Shown: positions 19,683-29,493, numbered from the stretch's first letter. The stretch: 64,000 nt of DNA from an uncultured Candidatus Saccharibacteria bacterium (GCA_964648765.1 CAZYLF010000003.1:41676-105675), one strand, 5' to 3'. The notes: generated by a model not told the origin, from the sequence alone. Numbers and translations are program-made.

Positions 19683-21205
19683 TAAATTTCCACAATAAAT
19701 GTGCTGCCTTTGCCCACGCCCTCGCTCTCGGCCCAGATTTTGCCTTTGTGCGCTGTCACAATCTCCTTGGCCACATAGAGTCCGAGGCCCGTGCCAGCGA
19801 TATTAGTTTTGCCAGCGTCAGAAGCACGTGAGAACTTTTCAAATAATTTTGGCATCGTCTCCTCGCCTATGCCGATGCCAGTGTCTTTAACAGCAAAACG
19901 TACTTTGCCTACTTTTTTCTCTAACATCACCTTAATCGAGCCTTGCTTGGTGTACTTCATCGCATTGTCGAGCATATTACTCACCACTTGTGAGATTTTA
20001 CCTAAATCACCATGCACCACATATTTTAAATTAGTGTCATACTCGAAGAATAGTTTGAGACCATTTTTCTCCACCGTGTGACGTGTCTCGCGCACCACCG
20101 TCTCCACCACCTCCCGGAGATCGAAGTCGCTCCACTCATACTTCATCGTGCCGAGCTCAATCCTGCTAATGTTTAAAAAGTCCTCAATCACCAGTACCAA
20201 CCGCTGACTAGATTGGAACACTCTATCCACCGCCTCGCGCACCTTGTCGCTAATCTCACCAAACGATCCCTCAAGCACCATAGACGAGTAACCCTTAATC
20301 GCCGTGAGTGGACTCCTAAGCTGATGCGACGCAATCGACACAAACTCCGTTTTCTGCTTATCCAAATCCTTCAACTTCTCATTCGCCACCCATAACTTAT
20401 CATTCGACTTACCCAACTCCTTTAAGAGCTTCTCAATTTGTTCCCTCTGACTTGTTTCAACCTTTAGCCGCCTGCTCCATAATCTGATGATTAAATAAAA
20501 GAGCACTAAAATTATTAGAATAAGAACTGAGATAAATACAGCGAATGGATAAAGAGTTTGTTGAGTGATACTAAAGAAATCGTCCGCCTTCATATCGAAG
20601 GCGAGAACTGCGATCGTCTCCCCGTTCTCTTTTATTGGGGCATATCCCGTTATCACGCGCCCAAAAGAATCCTCATATAGTTCATTACTTGTTGTAGGCC
20701 CCACTTCATATGATCTAAACGTTCCCTCAGGTGGATCCTCATAATCTTGACCAGGCCACTGTAAATAATCGGGGCCGTCTGGCTCGATTAATCCATCTTT
20801 GTTCGCATCAACATCGTTAGACGGGTCAGTGTCTGTATTTGCATAAGGATTTACAGAGTGGGAATCAGCAACAAACTCCATTAATGTACTGTCACTTGGT
20901 CGCTTTCTAAAAATATAAGCAAAGAGTATATCCTCGTTACTCTTCTCAACAGCCAAAAGCTGATTCGTAACCCTATGCCACTCAGGTTTTTGCCAATCAG
21001 ATTCAGTTGTTAACGCCTTAATATCAGATGGAGAGAAAAACGGCGCAGCTGTCCTCGCAATACCCTCAATTCTTTGTCTCAGGTTTGTTGTTAATAAATT
21101 TACAGTATGTTCGTAAAGAACAAACGAAATCGCGACAACGGCAATTGCGCCGGTAATAATAATTAGGCCTCCAATCAATTTTACTCGGCTAGATCTTTTA
21201 TCCAT
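19682..21205 (-). CDS. sensor histidine kinase
   Basis: 2 TM, ASHQLRSPL H-box, N/G1/F/G2 boxes. Confidence 0.93.
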   Translation of the reverse strand: MDKRSSRVKLIGGLIIITGAIAVVAISFVLYEHTVNLLTTNLRQRIEGIARTAAPFFSPSDIKALTTESDWQKPEWHRVTNQLLAVEKSNEDILFAYIFRKRPSDSTLMEFVADSHSVNPYANTDTDPSNDVDANKDGLIEPDGPDYLQWPGQDYEDPPEGTFRSYEVGPTTSNELYEDSFGRVITGYAPIKENGETIAVLAFDMKADDFFSITQQTLYPFAVFISVLILIILVLFYLIIRLWSRRLKVETSQREQIEKLLKELGKSNDKLWVANEKLKDLDKQKTEFVSIASHQLRSPLTAIKGYSSMVLEGSFGEISDKVREAVDRVFQSSQRLVLVIEDFLNISRIELGTMKYEWSDFDLREVVETVVRETRHTVEKNGLKLFFEYDTNLKYVVHGDLGKISQVVSNMLDNAMKYTKQGSIKVMLEKKVGKVRFAVKDTGIGIGEETMPKLFEKFSRASDAGKTNIAGTGLGLYVAKEIVTAHKGKIWAESEGVGKGSTFIVEI

Positions 21206-21219
21206 TACTTATATAATAT

Positions 21220-23025
21220 CTAGACATTGAGTAATTCGCAAATCTTGTCTCTGTCTGCATCAAGCAAAAAGTGAGCTAACCTTGGTCCATTCTCCTTTCC
21301 AAACAAAAGTTTGTATATATTTCGGAAAAAACGTAGCTGCCTCTCTTTATTTTTTTCTTCAGACAAATCAGCTTGTTTAGAAATTGAATAAAGATGGGCG
21401 GTAAATTCATCTAAGTCAGGATCCTTGTTTTTGACTAAGAATTCTCTTAACTGCTTAACCTGCTCCTGATCTTCAATTTCTAATCTTGAAATCGCTTCGG
21501 CGTTTTGATAATCCTGTAAACTAAATATTTGTCTTGGATCAAGCTCCACATATCTTTTATCGCCAATCTTAGTGCCGTTAAAATCTAAATAACTCTTTGC
21601 TGTCATTGTGCCATTACTCTCAATATGACCATTTAGCTTTAACCCCATTAACTTAGACACATTCTTTGTTGTCACTTCTGTCATTTTTAATAACGACTTC
21701 TTCTTTTCCTCTACCAAACCAACTTCAATTATTGGTTTTACTAATTGCTCATAAATATCACGTTGCGGGCAAGTTGGTTTAGCGGTCACCACACCACCAA
21801 TAGCAATACTTGAAGCTCCATAACCATAACCACCATATGGTTGAGTCCCCCTCTCTACCCCTTTAAAATGAAGATGGTTATTGTGCAGATATGTATCATT
21901 AAAGTGTAAAATTTTTCCTCCAATTTCTCTCCCGATAAGTCGCATTATATATTCACTTTCACCATACAAAGTAACGTACATTGCATTTTTTGAATAATGC
22001 TTATCTTCAAAATATAGTTTTAAATCAGCATCTTGTTCGTATTTCTGAATAAAAAAAATGGGGGCAAACACTTCAGTAAAATTTCCCCCGTCTTTTAGAT
22101 CTTTGCAAATTATCGTTGGCTCCACTATTGCCTCAGCAGTGCGTATCACTCCCCTAGTACTTTCATCAAGCCACTTAAGGTGATCCACGAGGAGCACTTC
22201 GATTCTCTTTAAATCTTCTGGTTCACTAATTGGGCCAACTTTGCACCTATGATTACGGTAGGGTCCAATTTTAATTCTCTTTAACTTCTTTTTGAGCAAT
22301 TTGAGAAAACTGTTATGAACATCTGCATGAACTAAAATTGAATTTGGTGCGGCACAGTCTTGCCCTTGGTTATATAGCTGGAGTTTAAGCGCGGCCTCAA
22401 CGGCATCAGAAACTTTAGCATTTTTTGATACAACAATAGGATTATGCCCTGATCCATTTGAAATAAATAAAGTTCTTAAATCAAAAATATTACGGAGTTT
22501 TTCAGCATGTAAAGTTGTGCCAGTAAAAATTACGGCATCGGTTTGAGGCACCGCCTCTTTAGTGGCAGGGTCAACCAAAAGTGCCGTGCGCTCCTGCAAA
22601 AAATCAAGCCTCTCCTTTTTTGAAACAACAATATTTGGGAAAAATTTATCAATATCAAGAACCTCAAGTAACCGAGGGAAGAAGCCCTTCATGCTTTGCG
22701 GTATTCTGAAATGAACACTCTTGGCCATTAGTGAGGGCACAACCACAAAGCAAGAGAAAGCATAAAGTGGTTGATTCCGAGGCAAAAAGGCCGCCACCTC
22801 ATTTATTCTTCTAACAAAATAATCCTTATTCTCAGGTAAACTTCGTAGTAGATCCATCGTCCTATCATACTCATCCTTAACCACCTCATAGCTCTCGTAC
22901 TCTAATAAAATATCAGCAATCTTATCAAAGTTAGTCTCAATATGATCTGCAAAATTATTTGCAGTTTTATTAACAGCAGAAAAATCGATTTCGTCTAAGA
23001 ATTGTGGGAGGGCTTTTGGGCTCAT
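21220..23025 (-). CDS. ALDH-fold protein fused to a class I LysRS-type anticodon-binding domain
   Basis: PRNQP, FTGT, NQGQDC, EVFAP, PYGG; C-terminal FFRNIYKLLFGKENGPRLAHFL. Confidence 0.75.
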   Translation of the reverse strand: MSPKALPQFLDEIDFSAVNKTANNFADHIETNFDKIADILLEYESYEVVKDEYDRTMDLLRSLPENKDYFVRRINEVAAFLPRNQPLYAFSCFVVVPSLMAKSVHFRIPQSMKGFFPRLLEVLDIDKFFPNIVVSKKERLDFLQERTALLVDPATKEAVPQTDAVIFTGTTLHAEKLRNIFDLRTLFISNGSGHNPIVVSKNAKVSDAVEAALKLQLYNQGQDCAAPNSILVHADVHNSFLKLLKKKLKRIKIGPYRNHRCKVGPISEPEDLKRIEVLLVDHLKWLDESTRGVIRTAEAIVEPTIICKDLKDGGNFTEVFAPIFFIQKYEQDADLKLYFEDKHYSKNAMYVTLYGESEYIMRLIGREIGGKILHFNDTYLHNNHLHFKGVERGTQPYGGYGYGASSIAIGGVVTAKPTCPQRDIYEQLVKPIIEVGLVEEKKKSLLKMTEVTTKNVSKLMGLKLNGHIESNGTMTAKSYLDFNGTKIGDKRYVELDPRQIFSLQDYQNAEAISRLEIEDQEQVKQLREFLVKNKDPDLDEFTAHLYSISKQADLSEEKNKERQLRFFRNIYKLLFGKENGPRLAHFLLDADRDKICELLNV

Positions 23026-23369
23026 TCTGTGGCTGTGAGATACGGAGAAAAGATAATTAATAAAACTCCCAACACAGCAAATCCCATCCCGAGATATTGG
23101 AGACCAATTATTTGGTTTTTCTCATGAAATATAAATAGTCCGACAGCGATGGATCCAATGATCATAAGTGAATCAATAACACTTGAGGCCAACGCGATCC
23201 CAATTTTTGCAGTTACTAACCCGTAAGTGATAAAAACGAGCGGGGAGATTAATATTACAAATAGTAACCAAATTGAGAACTTGCTCTCCTGCTTGGCCCA
23301 AATGGCACTCACTGAATTGGCAGACACGGCAACAGCAACTGCGACTAAAACGTATAGTAAATTTTTCAT
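23022..23369 (-). CDS. SMR/DMT-like 4-TM small transporter
   Basis: 115 aa, 4 TM, GLFIFHE...QYLG motif; 4-nt overlap with the ALDH gene. Confidence 0.7.
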   Translation of the reverse strand: MKNLLYVLVAVAVAVSANSVSAIWAKQESKFSIWLLFVILISPLVFITYGLVTAKIGIALASSVIDSLMIIGSIAVGLFIFHEKNQIIGLQYLGMGFAVLGVLLIIFSPYLTATE

Positions 23370-23589
23370 TTTCGCGTTATTTTGATTAAAAAAAATCCCC
23401 AGAATAGCGGAGGGTGCTAAACTGGGGGTGTTAAAAACCGTCTATTGGAGCCACTGAATGCTCCAAAATTAATAATTCGTTTAATGGGCTGTGACTACGC
23501 ACACTAGCGTTTATCATCTTTTGCATCACATATATATGTTAACTCATTCCCATTCCAAGTGCAAATTAAAATAAGTCTACTAATTCATC

Positions 23590-24333
23590 TCAAACCCTTT
23601 TGCCAATAAAACCGTAAATGTCTTTGTAATTTTTTTCGCCGAACAAAATGGGGTAGAAGTCCTCTTTCGTAATTAAATATTCCTTGCCGTTTGTCGCATA
23701 AGGTTCGCCTGCTTGAACCATCCTATAGTTTTTAATTGATTTAAGTAATTTATATCCTTTTATCTTCTTTAAACTTTTTGTAACTCTAAAATAATTTATA
23801 ACAGAATTTTTGGTCGAGCCTTTGCCGGTTATTATGCCCGCTTGATTTAATATTCTTTTAACCCCAGTAACTGTTTTATTAATTGCCTGAGCATCATTAT
23901 CTTTACCATACTCAAACGCAAGGCCAATTTTGGCTTGAGAGATTAAAGCGATATTTTTTGTTACCCCCATAATCAAAACATACTTAGGCTCAATTGCCTT
24001 AACGTAACTTAAAGTTTTTTTGTCGAGTTTAGTGACAATAATGGCATCTCTAAGGCTACTGGTTGTGGAGTGGATATCGATAACAATATCGGCTGATTTT
24101 ATCTTCTTTGATAACTTAAGCGCTAATCTTTCTTCATATGTACCATTTTTTTTACCCGGAAATGACCGATTTAAATCACTTTCAACAAACCGCTTTCCTA
24201 ATTCTAAAGCCTTTGGGTTTGCCACTTGGATCTCAAGGGTTTTACTTGGAATGTTTAACTTATTAATTTCCTTGGCCACTCTTAAACCTATCTTTTCGTT
24301 TCCGTGGGTTCCTATATTTAGTATTATTTTCAT
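23590..24333 (-). CDS. succinylglutamate desuccinylase/aspartoacylase-family Zn hydrolase (copy 1)
   Basis: GTHGNE, DLNRSFPG, DIHS, FEYG. Confidence 0.88.
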   Translation of the reverse strand: MKIILNIGTHGNEKIGLRVAKEINKLNIPSKTLEIQVANPKALELGKRFVESDLNRSFPGKKNGTYEERLALKLSKKIKSADIVIDIHSTTSSLRDAIIVTKLDKKTLSYVKAIEPKYVLIMGVTKNIALISQAKIGLAFEYGKDNDAQAINKTVTGVKRILNQAGIITGKGSTKNSVINYFRVTKSLKKIKGYKLLKSIKNYRMVQAGEPYATNGKEYLITKEDFYPILFGEKNYKDIYGFIGKRV

Positions 24334-24390
24334 TTTATATAAATGGGGATTCTTAATGTTAGCATCAAGAATCCCCATGTGTTTAAACTT

Positions 24391-25104
24391 CTAATGTCTG
24401 TCTCCGATAAATAGAAAGGCGTTTCTACTATTACCATTCATGATATTGAGAGACCTGGCGAACCAATCATTGGCCATCGTATCCTTTGCTTTTGGGATTG
24501 AATCGTACAAGCAACGACCATAAATGTCTGTGGCGATGAAGGTAGAACAATCAAACTCGCCCGGACGCCCCTTGATTAACTCATGACCGAGTTCGTGAAG
24601 TGACGCTGGCACATGGTGTTCTTTTGGGTCTGGATAGACTCTTTCACAGAGCTTTCTAAGCAGGGAGTACATAATCGGATTTTGAGATGTAAAGGCGATC
24701 CGGTTCAACTTTGAGATGTTCATCAAAGTACGCATAAGCGCTCTGCCACCACCCTTCCATTTGGAATTTTCCGCCATGGCAACACCATGCAGATAAAACA
24801 CGCCGTGATCAGGAAAAAGTTTTGATGAAGCAAAACCAAACACTTCGTCATCGTCATGGAGAAATGCAAGGGATTCAACATTCTCAACATGGCACCTGAC
24901 ACCATCTTGAGTATGATTTTCAAGCTCCCGACCAAAACTTCCAGAGGTTAGTGTTTCAAGTTTACTTATCAACTGATCAACAAATTCAACATGTTTTTCA
25001 GAAGTTAGGGCCAATTTCGGCTCAGGTAAAATAGAAATCATTGCTCCATTCCACGCAAATGAGCGGGCATTGTTTGCCGACAAAAACTCTCTCAAATTAC
25101 TCAT
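24391..25104 (-). CDS. GNAT-like acyltransferase
   Basis: YLHGVAM..NSKWKGGGRALM motif-A-like; GAAAGGA SD before ATG 25104. Confidence 0.6.
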   Translation of the reverse strand: MSNLREFLSANNARSFAWNGAMISILPEPKLALTSEKHVEFVDQLISKLETLTSGSFGRELENHTQDGVRCHVENVESLAFLHDDDEVFGFASSKLFPDHGVFYLHGVAMAENSKWKGGGRALMRTLMNISKLNRIAFTSQNPIMYSLLRKLCERVYPDPKEHHVPASLHELGHELIKGRPGEFDCSTFIATDIYGRCLYDSIPKAKDTMANDWFARSLNIMNGNSRNAFLFIGDRH

Positions 25105-25152
25105 CCCAATTTCCTTTCTACTATCACAAAGACCAAACTTGAAAATACGCAC

Positions 25153-25375
25153 AAAAAAACTCCTCGTCTCTTAATACAAGAAACTTGCATTGAGGGACGA
25201 AGAGCCTTTGACTCCTAGTTTAATTGCCACCCTCATTGACTCATGACTTTCGCCAGACATCAATTATCCTATGATAACGGAGGACACCGGGTTTTTACTT
25301 ACGCAAAAACCATCTCGCCTTGCGGCAACCTAGGCCCAACCCCCGAAGCTTTACGCCCGGGGACCTAAGTCAAAG
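25153..25375 (-). promoter_or_regulatory. structured leader/attenuator with T-box-like elements
   Basis: CCGTTATCA, AATGAGGGTGGCAA, TCGTCCCTC, GNRA hairpins, terminator with T7. Confidence 0.5.
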
Positions 25376-25523
25376 ATTTTGTAACTTCCAAGGTACTGCT
25401 CATAGGTTAGCAACCAGCCAAACTTAAGTCAAGTGAAAAGTAGTAACGATTATGCTATAATCTTGTATTAGATTTGGCCGATGTGGCCAACATGCTCTTC
25501 TCATTTCTTTTTGGAGGTGGTTT

Positions 25524-25946
25524 ATGGTGCGCGTACGATTGTTGGTGTTGGTAATTCTGGCCTTTTTTGCATGGGTCATCATTGCGTTGCCCGGCTTGGG
25601 TTGTACTAATGGTGGAAGTGGTGTAACTGGCACCACATACGTGGGTGATAGCTGCTACTACGCCGGCTTCTCAGCGGAAGATATTGATGATTTTTACTAC
25701 GCAGTTGAGTATGACTACTATTCTGGCGTGAGTTACAACTCCGAGAACTACGGCGCCGAAGATGGTTGCGACTATTATTGCCCAATTTACGACGACCAAT
25801 GTTACTACGATTGCGTGAATTGCGTCTACGCAATTATTGACGATGTGTACTTGTACAAATCCGCTCCACTCCCAGCGCAAAAGTTGGATCAGGCTGAGCC
25901 ACCCCCATCCACTTTACGAGAAAAAATAAAGGAGACCAAAAAATAA
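25524..25946 (+). CDS. Cys/Tyr/Asp-rich putative lipoprotein
   Basis: Hydrophobic signal ending PGLGC, GGAGG SD, downstream hairpin. Confidence 0.55.
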   Translation: MVRVRLLVLVILAFFAWVIIALPGLGCTNGGSGVTGTTYVGDSCYYAGFSAEDIDDFYYAVEYDYYSGVSYNSENYGAEDGCDYYCPIYDDQCYYDCVNCVYAIIDDVYLYKSAPLPAQKLDQAEPPPSTLREKIKETKK

Positions 25947-26099
25947 TAGGTGGCCGGTCGTCGCAAGGCCACCGATTAGAAAGCCGGCACGCGATTCTCG
26001 CGTGCCGGCCCTTTGTTTACTCAACTAAATAAAAAATAACCCGCTCGAGATGAGCGGGTCTAAGTGGCTTAATTGGAGATCTGATTAAGAATAAAAATA

Positions 26100-26579
26100 C
26101 TAACTACGCCGCTTCAGAAATCCAATGATCAGCGCAGGAGCAAAGAGCGCAAGAATTGTTGGTTCTGGAACGGTGAACTGCTGGAAATCAATTGTTTCAA
26201 ATTCACCAGAATTACCGTCCAGCACGTCAATTTGAAACACGTTGTCGTCGTTTATTACGAGATCGATTGGGTTCAAGATTTCAACGACGTCCCAATCTCC
26301 TTCGCCATCGATAACCAGTACAACTTCCTGGACAAAATCATCCAGATCGTCATCTTGGTCGGGGACAATCTCAATCGGAAGCTGATCAATGTTGATATCG
26401 GTGTCATCGGCCTCGACCTCAAAACCAAACTCAAAGTCAACCGACACAACTTGGGCGGGCAAATGCCTCCCACCATAATCTCGACTCTTGCTGTAAAGCC
26501 GTTCAACCGGTGTTGCAAAAACATCAGCTCCAGTAAGCAACGCACTTACTAAAGCAACCGAAAACATAAGCTTCTTCAT
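26100..26579 (-). CDS. acidic secreted protein with PEP-CTERM-like sorting signal
   Basis: Signal peptide; C-terminal VPEP + TM + KRRS; GGAGG SD. Confidence 0.75.
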   Translation of the reverse strand: MKKLMFSVALVSALLTGADVFATPVERLYSKSRDYGGRHLPAQVVSVDFEFGFEVEADDTDINIDQLPIEIVPDQDDDLDDFVQEVVLVIDGEGDWDVVEILNPIDLVINDDNVFQIDVLDGNSGEFETIDFQQFTVPEPTILALFAPALIIGFLKRRS

Positions 26580-26720
26580 TGCAGACCTCCAAAAAAGTGA
26601 AAAGAACGACCAAATTGACTCTACCAAATTTAAATAATTAGTCCAGTTTGGCCATTTATTTAATAAAAAAGCTCGGGATATTTGTTAGATACCAACGAGC
26701 TTGTGGGTCATTCTCAATTA

Positions 26721-26936
26721 TTAATGAGACGCGCTTACCAACTCCTCTCTGAACATTAAGTTGTACTCCTCCTCTCGCTTAGCGAAGCTCTCTGCGCCAC
26801 CATGCAAAACATAGTAAAACACGAGTTCATTGTCTGTGGCTGGCCGGCCATAATACTCGCCAGCAAACCAACGATTAGCGGGTGAGAGTATCTCCTCCAA
26901 CTGTGCCAACATTCTTGCCTTACAACTTTTATCCAT
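26721..26936 (-). CDS. small hypothetical protein
   Basis: GGAGGA SD before ATG 26936; downstream terminator. Confidence 0.55.
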   Translation of the reverse strand: MDKSCKARMLAQLEEILSPANRWFAGEYYGRPATDNELVFYYVLHGGAESFAKREEEYNLMFREELVSASH

Positions 26937-27069
26937 AGCATCCTCCAGCTTGAGAACACCTGAAATCACAACCAAAAAATCAATCTACTTTACAGATTAT
27001 CACAAATGAGTTTTAAATCAAACCCCAAATAAAAAAAGAGTGGATGATGTTTTCACATCAACCACTCAT

Positions 27070-27141
27070 TGGGTACAACGGGGCTCGAACCCGTAACCCT
27101 TGGTTCCACAGACCAATGCTCTCCCTTTGAGCTATGTACCC
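27070..27141 (-). tRNA. tRNA-His (GTG), no encoded G-1, A73
   Basis: GGGTACA/TGTACCC acceptor, TTGGT-CT-GTG-GA-ACCAA arm, GTTCGAGC T-loop. Confidence 0.92.
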
Positions 27142-27172
27142 ATCGGTTCTTTTGAGACTAGCAGGAACCACT

Positions 27173-28522
27173 TCAAATTGCAACTGACTCCACTATCTCC
27201 CGAACAGATGAAAGCACATCTTGAATCGACACTTCGATTTGTGATCTTGAGGTCATGTTCTTCACTTTTACAACTCCACGACTACGCTCATCGGGGCCAA
27301 TCAAAATACATACAGGGAACTCTTGTGACACCGCATAGGCTAGCTGTGCCTTAAGCGTAATCTCACGACCAAGGTAAACCTCGGTGTTTACACCTCCGCC
27401 ACGAAGAATTGTTGCAACTTGATTGCAAACTACCTCTCCGTTTGGATCGAAGTTGAGGACACAAACAGCAGCTGAACTCTTGCGATCCCTTATGCGCCCG
27501 AGCTCTTTTAGTGCGGTGAATAGTCTGTCTACCCCAACAGATGCTCCTGTAGCAGGAACACTGTCTACTCCGAACCTCGCAACAAGACCATCATATCGTC
27601 CCCCTGAAAAAACACTTCCTATAGAGGGTAAATCGAGGAGCACTGTTTCAAACACTGGCCCTGTGTAGTAGCCAAGTCCTCTTGCCACTGAAAGATCGAT
27701 AGCCCATTGCCCAAAAGGTACTCCGAGCGCCTCAAGGTTCGTTGAAATCTCCCCAAGTTCTCTGATCCCCTCCATCGCAACATCAGAATCACTCATCATG
27801 CGCTGAAGATCACCAATTGTCTCCACTTGACTTGCGCCACGGAGCTCTAAAAAGCTCTTAAGGTTAGCGAGGGCTTTAAGAGAAATCCCGTCAACATCGT
27901 TCATTTGGCCAGAGATGTTGTCCCAACCCAACTCATCAAGTTTATCGATTTGTCGAAGCACTTGATCCAGCAGACTTGGGTCAAAACCAGCGAAGTCCGG
28001 TAACCCATTTAAGACTTTACGATTATTAACTCTGATGATGAATCTTTCCACCTCCAACCGCTTCAAAGTTTCAAACATCAAAGCAATGATTTCCGCATCT
28101 GCAGAAGTTCGCGCTGAACCAATTATGTCAGCATCGAACTGAACAAATTCACGGTACCTACCAGCCTGCGATTTTTCTCCACGCCAGACCTTACCCATTT
28201 GGTAACGCTTAAACGGCCGTGGAATTTGACCTCCGTATTGAGCGATGACCCGCGCGAGTGGTACCGTAAGATCGAAACGTAAAGCTAATTCCTCGCTAAG
28301 ATCCTTAACCCCCGCACGAAAAATCTGCATACGGAAGTCAGGGTCACCGCCTGTAAGCACCTCCATTTTCTCCAATGCCGGAGTATCAAGAGGCACAAAA
28401 CCAAATCTCTCAAAACTCTCCCTGATCCGATCAAACATTATCTGTCTGGGGATCATATCCTTGGGCAAGTAATCCTTGATTCCTGATGCCAACTCAGCCT
28501 TTATCCTACCTTTTTCTGCCAT
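27173..28522 (-). CDS. hisS: histidyl-tRNA synthetase
   Basis: LRFDLTVPLAR, GRYREFVQFDAD, RGLGYYTG, GGRYD. Confidence 0.97.
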   Translation of the reverse strand: MAEKGRIKAELASGIKDYLPKDMIPRQIMFDRIRESFERFGFVPLDTPALEKMEVLTGGDPDFRMQIFRAGVKDLSEELALRFDLTVPLARVIAQYGGQIPRPFKRYQMGKVWRGEKSQAGRYREFVQFDADIIGSARTSADAEIIALMFETLKRLEVERFIIRVNNRKVLNGLPDFAGFDPSLLDQVLRQIDKLDELGWDNISGQMNDVDGISLKALANLKSFLELRGASQVETIGDLQRMMSDSDVAMEGIRELGEISTNLEALGVPFGQWAIDLSVARGLGYYTGPVFETVLLDLPSIGSVFSGGRYDGLVARFGVDSVPATGASVGVDRLFTALKELGRIRDRKSSAAVCVLNFDPNGEVVCNQVATILRGGGVNTEVYLGREITLKAQLAYAVSQEFPVCILIGPDERSRGVVKVKNMTSRSQIEVSIQDVLSSVREIVESVAI

Positions 28523-28620
28523 TCCAAACCTCGCCTCCCTTATAAGAGCAACGGACTTTTGTCAAATACCAACACTACCCCAATACTACTAATAAATTGA
28601 AAAAAGTCAAAATTAAGAAT

Positions 28621-29442
28621 CTATACTCCAATTAAGAACGCTTCCTTCCCACCAACCTCACATTTTTTACAAAAAATAATATACCCATCAACCAATGCCT
28701 TTATTTCAGAATTTCCATCCGTACCGATCAGTTCCCCTTTTTTAATTGGTTCAAAATCAAAAAAATCTCTACTTGGTCGAAAGTCACTCTTAGTAATATA
28801 AATATAATTAACCTCGACTTTCCTTTGCTCACGTTCAGCAACTTCAATCTTTGGATCATCAATTATGCCCATGATTTTCAAAAATGAAAAAACTGACTCT
28901 TTTGCTTTTGCGACTGATTTATCGTCCGAATGTTGTCCACACTCGACACAAATACCATTTTTACCAATTTTATTCATGTAGTAATCAGTGCCCCCTGGCT
29001 CAAGTTTGTCCCACCCATTAGAGACCAAATCGAATGGTAATTTTTTTGCCACATCAAATGACTTTGGCTCGCAAATTATAAATGGAGTTCCAATTTTATT
29101 TGAAAAGGAATGTATGTCTAATAAATAGTCCGATTTATCTAAAATTTTCATTAATTCTCGTGATCTATTATATTCATACGTCTCTTTCTCTTTGTCACTC
29201 AAATCAGCATCGGGTCTAAAAACGCGATTTAAATTCATATCTGTTTGTCTTACATTTCTCTCAATCGCCCGCAAATTACCAAGCACAAATTGCACCTCAC
29301 CACGATCAATTTTTAAATTTGGAACTACCTCCCCAAAGGCCTTTACCCCACACACTTCATTTCCGTGCACACCAGCAAAAATTGCAACCTTTTTACCGGT
29401 GTTTTCTGATTTAATAGTTTTCACTCCTTCGATATTATTCAT
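28621..29442 (-). CDS. succinylglutamate desuccinylase/aspartoacylase-family Zn hydrolase (copy 2)
   Basis: GVHGNE, NLNRVF, LDIHS, VECG. Confidence 0.88.
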   Translation of the reverse strand: MNNIEGVKTIKSENTGKKVAIFAGVHGNEVCGVKAFGEVVPNLKIDRGEVQFVLGNLRAIERNVRQTDMNLNRVFRPDADLSDKEKETYEYNRSRELMKILDKSDYLLDIHSFSNKIGTPFIICEPKSFDVAKKLPFDLVSNGWDKLEPGGTDYYMNKIGKNGICVECGQHSDDKSVAKAKESVFSFLKIMGIIDDPKIEVAEREQRKVEVNYIYITKSDFRPSRDFFDFEPIKKGELIGTDGNSEIKALVDGYIIFCKKCEVGGKEAFLIGV

Positions 29443-29493
29443 ATAAATATAATGGGTCCTATTGTTTAATTATCAATAGGACCCATTTTTTGT

